From assembly GCF_009914755.1 (NCBI RefSeq), contig NC_060941.1: 64,000 nucleotides of DNA, one strand, 5' to 3'. The position numbers and the translations under genes were made by a program. Within the stretch, counting starts at the first letter, position 1; every line of letters begins with the position of its first letter. Positions 31,705 to 46,287 of the stretch are shown here, piece by piece. The notes under the pieces are model-generated. The model searched no databases. It was not told where the DNA came from and worked only from the letters and a program-made list of their open reading frames with translations. Source of the stretch: the human T2T-CHM13v2.0 reference genome, Homo sapiens.

Positions 31705-32015
31705 GTTTTTTTGTTTGTTTTGTTTTGTTTTTTGAGGTAGGGTCTTGCTTTGTCACCCAGGCTGGAATGCAGTGGCATAATCATAGCTCACTGTAGCCTC
31801 AAACTCCTGGGCTCCAGTGATTCTATTGCCTCAGCCTCCTGAGTAGCTAGCACTACAGGCATGTGCTACCATACCAGGTTAATTTTTAATTTTTTTGTAG
31901 AGATGGCATCTTGCTTTGTTGCCCAGGCTGGTCTTGAATTCTTGGCCTTAAGGAGTCATACTACCTTGGCCTCCCAAAGTGTTGGTATTACAGGTGTAAG
32001 CCATGGCATCCAGCC
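31705..32015 (-). mobile_element. AluJ
   Basis: CATAGCTCACTGTAGCCTCAAACTCCTGGGCT. Confidence 0.9.
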
Positions 32016-32523
32016 CCAAATGCTTTTTAGTGTAATATATGCTGCTCATCATCCTTTTGATGGTAGTATTAGGCTCATTTTATGTAAGATATGATTGAGA
32101 CTCAGAAAGGCCATGTTTCTTACTCAAGATCATATGGTAGATGGTAGAGTTGGGATTTGAACCTAGGTCTGATTGTACCCACCAGTTGTATTTTTCCTTC
32201 TGAACCATGCTGCCACTCTGGAGGGAGCACCAAGGTTCAAGTCAGGGGAGTTGGCAGTTGAAAGACTGTGCCACTGGGAAGAGGAAGTGGGAGACAAACT
32301 TTGCCATTGGAGTACCTTTCATGCACAAAGCCTCATGTTCATGGCAAAATTTGTTCAACTAAGAAAAAAAAAGAGATACATTTTATGCAAGGGGTAAGAG
32401 AATTTTATGAAGGAATAAGAGAGAGGGAGCAGGCAAAATAGAAAGTTGAGCCATTAATAAATTATTGGTTTATACAACTTTTGAAAATAGATTTGTATCA
32501 AAAATAGTTTAGCAAGAACTTAC

Positions 32524-32646
32524 TCTGGACTTGACGACATGTTCGTTTTGACCAAGAAAGACCTAGTAATGCAGATGTTACAGAACTTTGGGAGAAAATG
32601 GTAATATTAATGTTATTACCAAGTTTATAGCAATAAAAAGAGAAAT
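32524..32646 (-). pseudogene. exon relic E15 (fully open; acceptor uncertain)
   Basis: AGA|GTAAGT donor. 123 nt, phase 1-1, FSFYCYKLGNNINITIFSQSSVTSALLGLSWSKRTCRQVQ. Confidence 0.5.
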
Positions 32647-32924
32647 CTGGTTATAGGTATAAGAGTTGTTGGTCTTTTAGTGTATGTGTTCACACATTTG
32701 AAATCTTATCCTTTGCAAACTCATGTTTTTATTCACTGAAGCTTCTGGCACTCAGATAGCATAATCTACAATGAGGGATGTAGGTCCCAGTTGTAATGCA
32801 TTGCATTTATTTGTTCCAAAGTTCCCCTTTTATTTTCATTTTGAAAAATGGGGTCTCACTATGTGCCCGTGTTTGAAAAACTATTCTTCAACTTGTAATT
32901 TAAAAGAAAATCAAGTTGTTTTGA

Positions 32925-33872
32925 CCTTTCTTATTATGGTAAAATATATATAACAAAATGTACCATGTTAACCACTTTAAAGTGTACAATTCAGTGGTAT
33001 TAAAGACAGTTGCAGTATTGGCTAATCATCACTGCTAACTATTTCCAAGACTTTTTCATCTTCCCAAATAGAAACTATGTACCCATTAAACACTAATGCC
33101 CCTTCTTCAAACCCTGGTAACTTCTATTCTACTTTTTGTCTTTATAAATTTGCATATTCTAGGTTATTTTATTTAGATGCAATTGTACAATAGTTGTCCT
33201 TTTGTGTCCTTCTGGCTTATTTTATCTACCATAATGTTTTCAAGGGTCATCCAGGTTGTAACACGTATCAGAATTTTATTGCTTTTTGTAACTGAATAAT
33301 GTTCCTTTGTATGTATATAACACATTTTGTTTATCTATGAATCTATTGACAGCTGGGTTGTTTCCACCTTTTGGTGGGAAAATATGAACAATAATATAAA
33401 TAATGTGAATATTGTGAATAATGCTGCTAGGAACATTAGTGCACACATATATGTCTGAGTCCTCAATTTCAGTTCTTTTGGTTATATCCTTAGGAGTGAA
33501 ATTGCTGGATAGTATAATAATTCTATGTTTAACTTTTTGAGGAACTTCCTGTTTACCATAGTGGCTGCATTTTTACACTTGTATTACCAGTTTACAAGGG
33601 TTCTAATGTCCCCACATCCTCACCACCACAGGTTATTTTTAGTTTTTGTTGTTGTTGTTGTTGTTGTTTTGTTTTGTTTTCATAAGAGCCATCCTTATGA
33701 GCATGAAGTGATACCACACCGTTGTTTTGATTTGCATTTCCCTATTAATGTTGAGCATCTTTTCATGTGCAATAAGCACAGTGAATAATCATTTGTGTAT
33801 CTTCTTTGGAGAAGTGTCTATTTAAGTCCTTTTGCCCATTTACAAATTTTTGTGGTTGCTGTTGTTGAGTTG
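32925..33872 (-). mobile_element. L1MB 3' end
   Basis: AAGTGTACAATTCAGTGG, GGAGTGAAATTGCTGGAT, TTTGCATTTCCCT. Confidence 0.85.
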
Positions 33873-33892
33873 TCCAGAGTACACCCTTATAT

Positions 33893-34181
<289 letters not shown>

Positions 34182-34293
34182 ACCCTTCTATTATTTTAAC
34201 TGCTCTTGTTGGCCATGCACCGTGCCAGAAAAATATACATTTGATCATCTAGCTTATTGGAGAGCTTGGAGGTCTTGAAAAACCTTCACTGGG

Positions 34294-34698
34294 TGTAGCA
34301 TATTCTGTTATTCCCACTCTACATTCCCTCAGGCCTGATCATGGTTCCAACTCTTTGACAGCTTTCTTTGGTGCACAGGGCATTCTGGAAGTGCTTGAGA
34401 AATAACTCCCTACCTTGACAGTCTCAATCAATGACTGATGGGAATTAGTGTATAATTAACTAACTAGGATGGGATAACGCTGAGACACAAATTCTACACC
34501 GGCTCCTAGAGCTCCGCAGCAGGATTATGTCACATTTACTCTCAGTAGTAACTACCTTAGTAATGCACCTTTTATTTATTTTCCTTTCCTGGCTCGCTTT
34601 CCCATTTTTCTGGCGTTTCCTAGCATCTCCTCCAAACGAACAACTTACACTTGAGCCCTTGTCTCATGATCTGCTTCTGGGAATCTGAACTAAGGGAA
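34294..34698 (+). mobile_element. LTR16A solo LTR
   Basis: CAATCAATGACTGATGGGA...GGGATAAC...CTTGTCTCA...TCTGCTTCTGG. Confidence 0.8.
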
Positions 34699-34864
34699 GC
34701 ACAGATTATGTGCAGGGCACAAAGAAATAGATGTATTGGATTTGGGCAGAGGGGGGAGTTTCAGCACATTCCTTCCATTACTGTCCTTCCCTAGGATCTT
34801 CTTCCTGGAGGCCCCTTTCCTTGTTGGGGTAGAATGGGAAGCACATTAACAATGCCTTACTTAC

Positions 34865-35000
34865 CAGACTATCGGTGGGCAATTAAGCAGTGGTTGCAAC
34901 TCTCAGTGACATAATAAGATCATTTACTCTTGTTTTCCATTGCAAACTGTTTTTGGCGGTCTAATTTTTAGTTTCCATATACTTTCCCAATACAATATTC
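34865..35000 (-). pseudogene. exon relic E14
   Basis: CTG|GTAAGT donor, weak acceptor. 136 nt, with stops in all frames. Confidence 0.4.
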
Positions 35001-35419
35001 CTTAGTTACATCAGAGAGTGGCTTAATATCAAAGGCTGGACATTGTCTTAAAATAAGATGGTCTTCCAAAGTTTTGAGTGATAGATAAGTATGACCTTAT
35101 AGTTAGGAATTTCACAGGCAATTTGTCATTCGCTCTTTGGTACTATTATGATTTCCATCTTAAAGATGAGAAAACTGAGACTTAAAATAATATTGGAAAC
35201 ACAGTAGGCACACAATAAATCTTAAGCTTTATTTTTTATTATATTGAAATTTTTGATTCTATAACATAAATGTCATTTTAATCAATAAATGAGACAAAGA
35301 CAAAAGGCTCACTTATCAGACCTGCTTTTGGAAGAAAAGTGGAGGGAACAACTAATTTGCTAGTTAAAAGACTCAGGTTTCAAATATCCTGACGTTTTTA
35401 ATGTAGGCAAAAAAAATTA

Positions 35420-35720
35420 TAGCACAAGTATAGGATGTGGGAGCCCTGGCTAGACAGCAGTTGACCACAAATTTTATATGAGCCAACAGTGTGATGTGGT
35501 TACTCTAATGCAATGTCCAGCATCATTCTATGAAGGCATCTGTTCAGAAAATGGGTGTATTCCTCCTTGGTCAGGTCAAATGTGTTCACTGGAAGGACCA
35601 ACATTTTAAGCGAGATGTTGCTGAAGTAGGAAGCTAGCAGAAGACTTTGAGAATGGTGAAACATTCTGGAAGCCCTGCTATCTGAGAAACACTTGAGAGC
35701 ACTAGTATTAACTCACCTGG
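35420..35720 (+). mobile_element. L3/CR1 fragment
   Basis: ATGAGCCAACAGTGTGATGTGG motif. Confidence 0.6.
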
Positions 35721-35985
35721 GTCTGAGAGATACAGTCCAATGATGAGCTTGGGAATAAGACTGATCTGCACTGAATTTCAGCTTCTCTACTTTGTAGCTT
35801 TGTGACCTTAGACAAGAGACTCTCTCTGTACTTCAGTTCCGTTTTCTTTAATAGGGGGAAATAATTCATGCCCTCATATACCCTAGAAAGTCCAAATAAG
35901 AGACTATCAGCAAAATAATTGGCTCATACCAGGTGTACAGTAAATATCAACCTTCAGTTTTTCAGATAGTTGGAGAATTGTCATG

Positions 35986-36351
35986 TGTATTAGTCCATTT
36001 TCAGACTGCTATGAAGAAATTTCCAAGACTGGGTAATTTTTAAGGAAAAAGAGGTTTAATGGACTCACAGTTCCACATGACTAGGTAGGCCTCACAATCA
36101 TGGCAGAAGGTGAGGGAAGAGCAAAGGCATGTCTTACATGGCAGCAGGCAAGAGAGCATGTGCAGGGGAACTGCCCCTTGTAAAACCATTAGATCTTGTG
36201 AGACTTACTCACTATCATAAGAACAGCACGGGAAAAACCCGCTCCCATGATTCAATTACCTCCCACTGGGTCCCTCCTCCCCGACACATGAGGATTATGA
36301 GAGCTACAATTTAAGATGAGATTTGGCTGGGGACACAGCCAAACCATATCA
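35986..36351 (-). mobile_element. THE1C/D solo LTR
   Basis: TGTATTAGTCCATTTTC...ACAGCCAAACCATATCA, perfect TSD TCATG. Confidence 0.93.
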
Positions 36352-36489
36352 TCATGTGAGAAGTGGTCTTTCCTTTGAAGACAAAACTAGGACTAGTGGG
36401 TAGTAATTACAAGGAGAAAATTTCAGTTCAATATTACGACTAACCTACTAATAATTTAATTATCTTACAAAATGCAGATGCCTAAAAAT

Positions 36490-37330
36490 ATCAGGCTTCT
36501 ATCTGGAACATCTGAATTGTTTGGCCAACTCCCTACATGGCAGACATCAAACATAGTGAGGTTAAAGCAGAATTCTTGGGTTACTTTTATTGCCTGGAAA
36601 CCTAGTCATCCCCCAGTTTTCTACATGTCAGTAACTTGTACCATCTCCTGCTCAGGTGCTCAAGCCAGGTATCTTGACAGTGCATGTGATTCTTTTTTTT
36701 TTTTTTTTAACTCATCTCCACCCCATGCTGCAAAGTCGACCTAGCCAGTTGTGCCAATCTAACCTCCCCAAAGCATAATCCAAACTCTTCCACTTCTCTC
36801 CATTTCTTGCATTGCCACCACAATCCAAACTATCAAAATCTTTTCCCTGATCTATCATAATAGCCTTATAATTGGTTTCCTTGCTTCTATTTCTGCTGCT
36901 TTGGATTCTATTCTCTCTACATGAGCAATATTTTAAAATATGTTGTTTAAAACTGCCTAATAGATCTGATTGTGCTTAGAATAGAACACACAATCCTCGT
37001 CACAGCCCACAAAGCCCAGCATTGAATGATCTCTGCACCCATTCCAGGCTTGTCTTTCAGTACCCTGAACCTAGCCCATCATCTCCAGCCTGCTTATTTA
37101 TTTTTCCATGCCAAGCTGATTCCCACCTTAGACTCTTCATCTTACCTATTCCTTCTGCTTGGAAAACACTTATTTCTGAGCCCCAATGTCATATCCTGCA
37201 ATAGACCATCATTGAACACCCAGTCTTTAGTAGCTATCTACACACTCTCACATTATTCTGTTTTAATGCTTTGAATTATACTTATCACTATCTTATGATT
37301 TTCTTGTTTATTAATTTATTACCCACACCT
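36490..37330 (+). mobile_element. L2
   Basis: GCTCAAGCCA, TTCCACTTCTCTCCAT, TTCCTTCTGCTTGGAA motifs. Confidence 0.7.
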
Positions 37331-37868
37331 AAAAATATGGATTTAACACATAGATGCATAAACAATGAAACTAAATGCCCCACAAAATAGCAGGTCCCTT
37401 ATCAATGAGAATATACAAGCAGGCTTTCTTTGGTGACCATATACTACCAGATGTTGTAGAAAGGATTCCTGCCCTTATCAGAGGTCCAGCTAGATGACCA
37501 CTGGAATTTCTTCTAATCCGCAGATCCTATGATCTTCTTGACAGTTTCCATCTTCAGCAGGTCACAAGCTGTTTTAAGTGTGAAAGAATTAGTGTTTTTT
37601 TGCATATTTAAAAAAAGAAAGAAAAAAGGGAGGAAGAATGAAAGGGAAGAAGAAAAGTTGCTCTAGGACAAGTATGTTTGAAAATGGATGCGCGCGCACA
37701 CACAAAATCAGTTAATTAGCTGATTTTTATGAATTGACCAATGAATTTGGTCGACTATTAACTAATTTTAGTTGGTAGACCTGAGCTAAATAGCACATAG
37801 ACTAATAAATACTGGCAGTTACGGATATTCATTCACACATCAGCTTTTACTATGAGCAGTTTTCTTAC

Positions 37869-37902
37869 TATGTCGGTCTCAGATGTTGAAATTTGTGCTC
37901 TT
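37869..37902 (-). pseudogene. exon relic E13 (34-nt)
   Basis: CTTTTTGTTTTTATAG|A acceptor, ATA|GTAAGA donor. Separated from E12 by an 81-nt intron. Confidence 0.55.
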
Positions 37903-37983
37903 CTATAAAAACAAAAAGCAGAGATTCATTCTTTTCCATGGACTTCATCTGTTCCTTGTTTCAACTGCATAAATATTATTTAC

Positions 37984-38072
37984 ATGTCATGGGTTTCTGA
38001 CCTCTATTGGTGGAGACCAAATCGATTACCCATGAGCCGCTCAATTTGCAATCATTTAAAATTCCACTCTCT
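37984..38072 (-). pseudogene. exon relic E12
   Basis: TTGTTCTTTTTCTGTGCCAG|A acceptor, CAT|GTAAAT donor. 89 nt. Confidence 0.55.
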
Positions 38073-39098
38073 CTGGCACAGAAAAAGAACAATGGAAACT
38101 TGTCATAGTGCTCTCTTTTTGGTTTATTTCCTTTCCCTCATTTTTCTTTTTTATTTTCCCTTTTCTTCCCCACCAGTTTCTCTTTTTCATTTCTTCATGT
38201 ACCAGGAGTCCCTAAGGGACATTCAGATCTTTCAGCAGCCATTTCATTTTTTATCACAAAATTAAAATGTCAGATCCTTTCAAGAACCCTTCAGAGTTAC
38301 AAGGTCAGTAAAGCCCAAGTCTGCTGAATGCAGGTGTTCCAGTCTTGAAGGAGGGGACCAAGGAAAGTGACTGTCATGTGAGTGGTGTGTGGTTTATCTA
38401 CCAAGTGGCAACATCTCTCACTCTCACTATGTCTGCACTGCTCTGAGGGTAACCTGATCTGTCTTTAATCTACTCTGACCACAGAGCAAATGTTTTAAAT
38501 AAAATCTCTGCATGAGTGAGTCACTACTCTTCTGGCTTTTGTATGACATACCAAGGACTGATGGTTTACTTTGCCTGAGTAACAAAATTAATATAAGAGA
38601 AACATTTTTGTTATGTGGTATCTTAAAAAAAAATACAAAAAGAAGAAAAAGGAGACATATGGACCTGAGCAGTGAAATTTGGATGAAAAAGTTCCACTTG
38701 ACACGGAGAAAATATTGAAAAAAAATGTAGTAAATGCTTTTTTGGCAGAGAAGGACAAAAAAAATCAGCAGGAAGAAGTAGAAAGAGACACTTTCACTGA
38801 ACAGCTGCAGTGACTCTAATACCACTTATGTAAGGTCCTAATCTTGAAGCAGCTTATTTATGTTATCATTTAAAATGTGATACATTATCTCAAAAGTTTT
38901 TAAATCTATAGGTGCTTGTTTATTTGGTAGAGTCTGCATTACAATGGAGGGACATGCTCGTGTTTTTGTGGGTCCTAGGGAGGCTGGATTAGAGCTGAAT
39001 GCAGACATTCAGTGGATGTCTTCCTCTGGCTCGGATAGATGAGGTGCTTATGGCATGTACAAGTTTCCATGCTATTTTGCCTGACCCGAAGTATCCAC

Positions 39099-39287
39099 CG
39101 TTTGAAGTATCAGCTCGGTTTTCATGGGTTCTGAAGCCCAGACCAAATGTTCTACATCGAATGAAAGGAGTGTGATCTGAAGACGGGCAAAGTGTCCTGG
39201 GGTGCCTCAATGATCTCTTATGAGTGAACACTTCATGATGTGTGCAGTATAGCTTGTGTAGCAATTTTAATTTTCCATGAAACGTTT
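39099..39287 (-). pseudogene. exon relic E11
   Basis: TTCCATTTCATTTTGTAATCAG|A acceptor, weak ACG|GTGGAT donor. 189 nt, relatively CpG-rich, frame ambiguous. Confidence 0.45.
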
Positions 39288-40442
39288 CTGATTACAAAAT
39301 GAAATGGAACTGTTTTTGACCCAAATCTTTCTTTACCCGAAGAAGACACAACCTATAAAAACAAAGCCACTCTTTCCCAGGTTGGCAAATCTTGCATAAA
39401 AATAGTCCCGTGATAAAAATGGCAGACCTAGCTGAGGCCAAAGAGGGAGGTGAACCTTAGCATTCAAGAGAGGACAGGTTTAGAGTTTCCTTCTATCTCT
39501 GTAGCTATGACAGTTATTGGCAGTGCGATCTCGGGTGAGTTATTTTTCTGCATAGAGACTCATTTCTCACATCTCAAAGTGGGCTAATTCTGTCTGGTTC
39601 CCTCCATACAGTATGGATAACTGCAATTATGTATGCACAATCCTAGCATATTTTTATCATATAATCCATTAATGACTAAGTATGATGTAAGCTGTAGGCT
39701 TTTTTTTGGTAGATGATTTTTTTTTGATGATTTTTAGCTTACATAGGGACGTGTCCGATTAGGGATTCAGTAAATGATATTATATTTATTATAAAATATT
39801 TGCTGAGAGCATCTTTCAGGAGTCCTTTGTCTCCCTTCTATCTGGTATGATATTCGTATGCAACATTTTATTCTTCAACTCAAAGTGCAGTGTTTGATGC
39901 TCTTTCAGTGATAGCTCTACACTTTGTTTCTGAAGCAGGTGCAAAACTTACTGTACAAATTCAGAGGAAAGGTTAGATTATTTTTACAAAAATTTAATTA
40001 AATTTGACTCTCAGTTTCTAACTTGCTGGCTTAGCAGGGAATTGACTGTCAATCAAAACTGGGGTTCCTAGGGAGTTGAAGGAAAGTTCCCGGCATCTTA
40101 GGCAGTATAGAAAACATTCAAGGGCTAACCCTGGTGTGGGCCCTTGTAGAGGGGCTCTGCTGCTTCTCTGTCTGGGCATTGGCATCTTTGGAAAGATCAG
40201 GATTGCTAGTGTTCTGAGTGAAGCCTTCCTAGGTTGATCCATTCAGTCTACTGAGGCCTGGTCATTTTCTAGGAAGCTGAGAGGAAACAGGTTTGGGATC
40301 CCTACTAGTCATAGGACTCAAGGATCTCTGTAACATACCTGAGTTTGGGGAACTATACATTTTCCTATTTCTCTCTATTCCTAATACTTCATTTTCTTTA
40401 ATACTTCTCTCACTTCTTTCACCTTATATGAAATACACTTAC

Positions 40443-40576
40443 TATGATCTACTAAAAAAAAATTTAGGGTTTTGAAGACACAAGCCAAAAAATGAAGTTG
40501 TCTTCAGACAACTTCAGACTTCTGCCTTGCAACAGGAACACTGTCAGACAATAGAGCATGAAAGTTTGACTATTTC
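40443..40576 (-). pseudogene. exon relic E10
   Basis: TATTTCTCCCTGCAAG|G acceptor, ATA|GTAAGT donor. EIVKLSCSIV*QCSCCKAEV*SCLK, with both stops TGA (CGA-decay-like). Confidence 0.5.
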
Positions 40577-40779
40577 CTTGCAGGGAGAAATACAGATAAA
40601 CAAAACACACACTTTTATCATTGCCAATAAACTTGCCACATGCCAATATTGAGGATGATCAAAAGGGGCATTTTGAAAATGTTGGTTTCAATTTACTTTT
40701 TACAAATTTAAAATGAGTAGAGACATTCTTTACTTAAGATTGGTAGTGGGTAGTTGGAGAAGATAACTCAGAATGGATT

Positions 40780-41822
<1,043 letters not shown>

Positions 41823-42026
41823 TGTGATATTATGATTTATAAAAAGAAATATATATTTGGTCTTCATCCCCATTTTCTGGCATATGGCACCTAAAACTCT
41901 TAAAATCCCCTAACTGATGTGTGTTTTTGCATGCTAATGAGATGGTTGATGGCTCGTGGCTCCTGAGGAGCCTCAGGATGGGGGCTAGTTACAGGGAAGG
42001 CCAAGCCTGTGATCAGAGGACTGAGG

Positions 42027-42345
42027 TTTTCTTTTCTTTTCTTTTCTTTTCTTTTTTTCTTTTGAGACGGAGTCTCACTCTGTGGCCCAGGCTGGAGAGC
42101 AGTGGTGTGATCCTGGCTCACTCAACCTCTGCCTCCTGGCTTTAAGCGATCCTCCTGCCTCAGCCTCCTGAGTAGCTGCGATTACAGGAATGCACCACCA
42201 CGCCCAGCTAATTTCTGTATTTTTAGTAGAGATGGTGTTTTGCCATGTTGGCCAGGCTGGTCTTGAACTTCTGACTTCAGGTGATGCACCCGCCTCGGCC
42301 TCTTAAAGTGCTGAGATTACAGGCGTGAGCCACCACACCCAACCA
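42027..42345 (-). mobile_element. AluSx-like
   Basis: Dimer with (CTTTT)n tail, TSD GAGGACTGA. Confidence 0.92.
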
Positions 42346-42514
42346 AGGAGGACTGAAATTTTCAACCCTATCTTCTGACCTCCAGATAGAGGTGAGAGGT
42401 TGAAGGTTCAGTTGACCACCAGTGGCCAATGATGTAATCAATCATGACTATATAATAAAGCCTCCATAGAAACCCACAAGGATAATTTTCAGAGAGCTTC
42501 CAAAATGGTGAGTA

Positions 42515-43678
42515 TGTTAGTGACCAGGTTCAAGATGCCTGTGTGCAGCAAGCCAATTATTGAGATGACAGGTTTTGGAAAAAAGAAAAGATTTTATGCA
42601 CAAGGCTGCCATGCGAGGAGAAGGGAGAGCAAATCTCATATCTGCTTCCCCAAAGATAGGGTTTTAAAGATATTTTTGGGATAAAGGTGCAAAGTGGTCC
42701 AAAACACGGGGAAAGGTGATTGGGGACAAGGAAAAGCAAGGTATGCTTTTCCAGCAGAACCAACCCTTTCTCTTCTTCCTCTTCTTCCTCAGTCTACTCA
42801 ACATGAAGACTTTTTAAGGAGCCACTTCCACTTAATGAATAGTAAATATATTTTCTCTTCCTTACGATTTTCTACTGGTCTATTTTGCATTGCTATAAAA
42901 GAATACCTGAGACTGCATAATTTATGAAGAAAAGTGGTTTATTTGGCTCACAGTTCTGCAGGCAGTACAAGCATGGTAGTTGCATCTGCTTGGCTTCTCG
43001 TGAAGCCTCAGGAGTTTACAATAATGGTAGAAGTTGAAGGGGGAGTAGGCATGTCACATGGTAAGAGAGGAAGTGAGAGAGATATAAGTCTTCTTTAAGC
43101 AACCAGCTCTTACTTGAACTAATAGAGTGAGAACTCACTCTTCACCAAGGGGATGGCACTAAGCCATTCATAAGGAATCCAGCCTCATGACCCAAACATC
43201 TCCCACTAGGCCCACTTGCAACATTGAGGATTACATTTCAGCATGAGATTCGGAGGGCATGAAACATCCAAACTACATCACGAGGTAATTGTTGATGTGC
43301 CATGTGTAGTCAAGCATCGTGGTTCTTAATAGAGCATGTGTTCAGAAAATGGTGGCATTAGCATGTTCCAAGGGAGCACGTTTTGGCCCTCTGATGTCAA
43401 AAAAAGTCACCTCTTGGGCATTTGAGCAGGCCCACTCAGAGAGTTGGTGGTTTCAACTACCTTTAACCAGCCTACCCCCAACCCCCAATTCCTGAAAAAC
43501 AACTCTAAGCAGCCATTACCATGGAGATGTATATGTCAGAGATGTTATCTATAAGAAAGCTAGTGGATTGCTTAGCTATGTAACTTTTAGCTGCATATGT
43601 TTTAAGATTAAGAAGTGACTAAAGGCAAGCAAGGCAGATTAAGTTTGATGGGCTTAATCAGGTTAGCCCTTGGTTTCA
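42515..43678 (-). mobile_element. ERV1-class LTR (MER31/MER67-like), split by MSTB
   Basis: TGTTAG...TTTCA termini, CAAATCTCATATCTGCTTCCCC, CCTGAAAAACAACT. Confidence 0.55.
42873..43280 (-). mobile_element. MSTB solo LTR
   Basis: GCATTGCTATAAAAGAATACCTGAGACT...AAACATCCAAACTACATCA. TSD CAAGG/CGAGG. Confidence 0.88.
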
Positions 43679-44272
43679 AATAGGTGAAAGTGCTGGGAGG
43701 GTGGGATGGCTGGAGAGGGCAAAGAAGCTTCATGCCCCTTTCTCCATACCCTGTCTTATGCATCTCTTCCATCTAGCTGTTCCTGAGTTGTATCTCTTGT
43801 AATCAAACTGGTAATCCAGCAAGTAAACTGTCTTCCTGAGTTCTGTGAGCCATTCTAACAAATGCTTGAACCTGAGAAGGGGGTTGTGGGTACCTCTGAT
43901 TTGTAGCCCATTGGATAGAAGTAGTGAGTAACCAGGGGACCCACCACTTGTGGTTGGTGTCTGAAGTGAGGGGCAGTCTTATGGGTCTGAGCTTTTAACC
44001 TGTGGGGTCTGAGCTAACTGCAGGTGAATAGCGTCAGAATTGAGTTGAATTGTAGGATACCTTGTTTGGGTCCACAGAGACCTGAAAAATTTCTTGTGGT
44101 GGAAAAAAACCCATACACATTTGGTGTTAGAAGTGTTGTGAGTGTAGAAAAGGAAACAATTTTGTTTTTTCCTTATATTTATGTGTTTATTTTTTTATCC
44201 ATTCATTCAATGATATTTATGTCAGTATGCACTCATAAGTATTTATTTTACATGTTAGGGAATAATTCAATA

Positions 44273-44731
44273 CAGTAGACCTTGAACAACACAGGTTTAA
44301 ACTGCATGGGCCCTTGTATGTGGGTTTCCTCTTGCCTCTGCTTTGAGAGAGCAGAACCAACCCTTCCTTTTCTTCCTCTTCCTCCTCTTCCTCAGTCTTC
44401 CTCTTCTTCCTCTTCCTCCTCTTCCTCAGTCTACTCAACATGAAGACTTTTTAATGAGCCACTTCTACTTAATGAATAGTAAATACATTTTCTCTTCCTT
44501 ACAATTTTCTTTTCTCTAACTTATTTTGTTGTAAGAATACTGTATCTATATCTATATCTAGAGATATATATACAAAATATGTGTTAATCTACTATCTATG
44601 TTATTGCTAAGGCTTCCAGTCAACAGTAGGCAATTAGTAGTTAAGATGTTAGGGAGTCAAATGTTATACTTGGATTTCCAACTGCATGGGTGGTCAGTGT
44701 CCCTAATCCCTGTGTTGTTCAAAGGTCAACA
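44273..44731. mobile_element. Tigger2a-like DNA transposon MITE
   Basis: TIRs CAGTAGACCTTGAACAACACAGG and CCTGTGTTGTTCAAAGGTCAACAG, preceded by TA. Confidence 0.85.
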
Positions 44732-44813
44732 GTGTTATGTTATTTATTTTACTCAGATTGTTTCAGCTTTTATATTCAATGAAAATTTCCTATGCTTTTT
44801 CCTCAGTGCCCAC

Positions 44814-45236
<423 letters not shown>

Positions 45237-45314
45237 TCAAGAATGTGCCCATGAACCACGCATTTGAAGTTGTGAACTCAGCATGACCAACTTAAAATTT
45301 TCAAGTAAATTTAC

Positions 45315-45334
45315 TTTTGCCAGATGACCACTCC
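45315..45334 (-). pseudogene. exon relic E8 (20-nt)
   Basis: TTTTTTCTTCCTTATAAAAACAG|G acceptor, AAA|GTAAAT donor. GVVIWQ, phase 0-2. Confidence 0.45.
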
Positions 45335-45586
45335 CTGTTTTTATAAGGAAGAAAAAAACAACCTCTACTAAGGTCTGAAATATCAAATGGCTCTAAAAAG
45401 CAATATTTGATTGATGAAAGTTTAAGGGATTAGATATGGATGGATTTGATTTCCTTCAAAATACACACAAATTGTGAAATTAAGGTATAAGAGAGGATTA
45501 AGGCACAGCCTGTCTTAGGTTTTTTTTTTTTTTTTTTTTTGCTTCTCAAAACCTTTTGAAAATGATTTAAGATACTTGAGCATTAC

Positions 45587-45633
45587 CAAAATAATCTTGG
45601 GGAGTATCTTCTGGTATGTTCTTATATTGTCCT
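45587..45633 (-). pseudogene. exon relic E7 (alternative start 45658)
   Basis: TTG|GTAATG donor. DNIRTYQKILPKIIL. Confidence 0.45.
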
Positions 45634-45991
45634 CTGTAACTTATATTTAATAACCAGGCTGTTAAAAGTTTTCAATAAAGTTGTAATCCAGGGTCATTAC
45701 ACTTTAGAAGTAGATTAATTAAGACCTATGATAACCTGATATTTCATGTGGGACCATGTATATTAAGTTTTACTTATAGATTTCTCTGGCTTCTGGTGTT
45801 GTCCAAGATGAAATAATGTAAGCCTGTCTCCTCCACTGATGACAACTAAAAATGTTTGGATAAAACAAAACAATAAAATCAACTCTCTGAAGTTACTTAA
45901 AAGTCAACAAAACTAGAGTGTTGTGGAATACAGTAAAACACTGGAGAAGTGAACCTTAAGGGAATGTGTTTTTGCTGCTGTTGTTCTTCAC

Positions 45992-46287
45992 TTTTTTTGT
46001 TTTTGAGATGAAGTCTCACTCTTGTCCCCCAGGCTGGAGTGCAAAGGCACAATCTCGGCTCACTGCAACCTCCGCCTCCTGAGTTCAAGTGATTCTCCTG
46101 CCTCAGCCTCCTGAAGAGTTAGGATTACAGGCGCCTGCCACCATGCCTGGCTAATTTTTGTATTTTTAGTAGAGATGGGGTTTCGCCATGTTGGCCAGGC
46201 TGGTCTCCAACTCCTGACCTCAGGTGATCCGCCCGCCTCGGCCTCCCAAAGTGCTGGGATTACAGGCATGAGACACCACGCCTGGCC
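45992..46287 (-). mobile_element. AluS
   Basis: TSD TGTTCTTCACT. Confidence 0.92.

Larger units (their letters stand above)
41823..44172 (+). mobile_element. MER21-type ERVL LTR with nested Alu, ERV1-type LTR and MSTB
   Basis: TGTGATATTATGATTTATAAAAAG start, CATCTAGCTGTTCCTGAGTTG, GTCAGAATTGAGTTGAATTGTAGGA. Confidence 0.75.

Noticed and set aside
44217-44441. Basic/acidic KRRKRKKR-EEEEEE ORF resembling an NLS plus acidic tract
   Set aside because: Translation of the CT-rich repeat inside Tigger2a.
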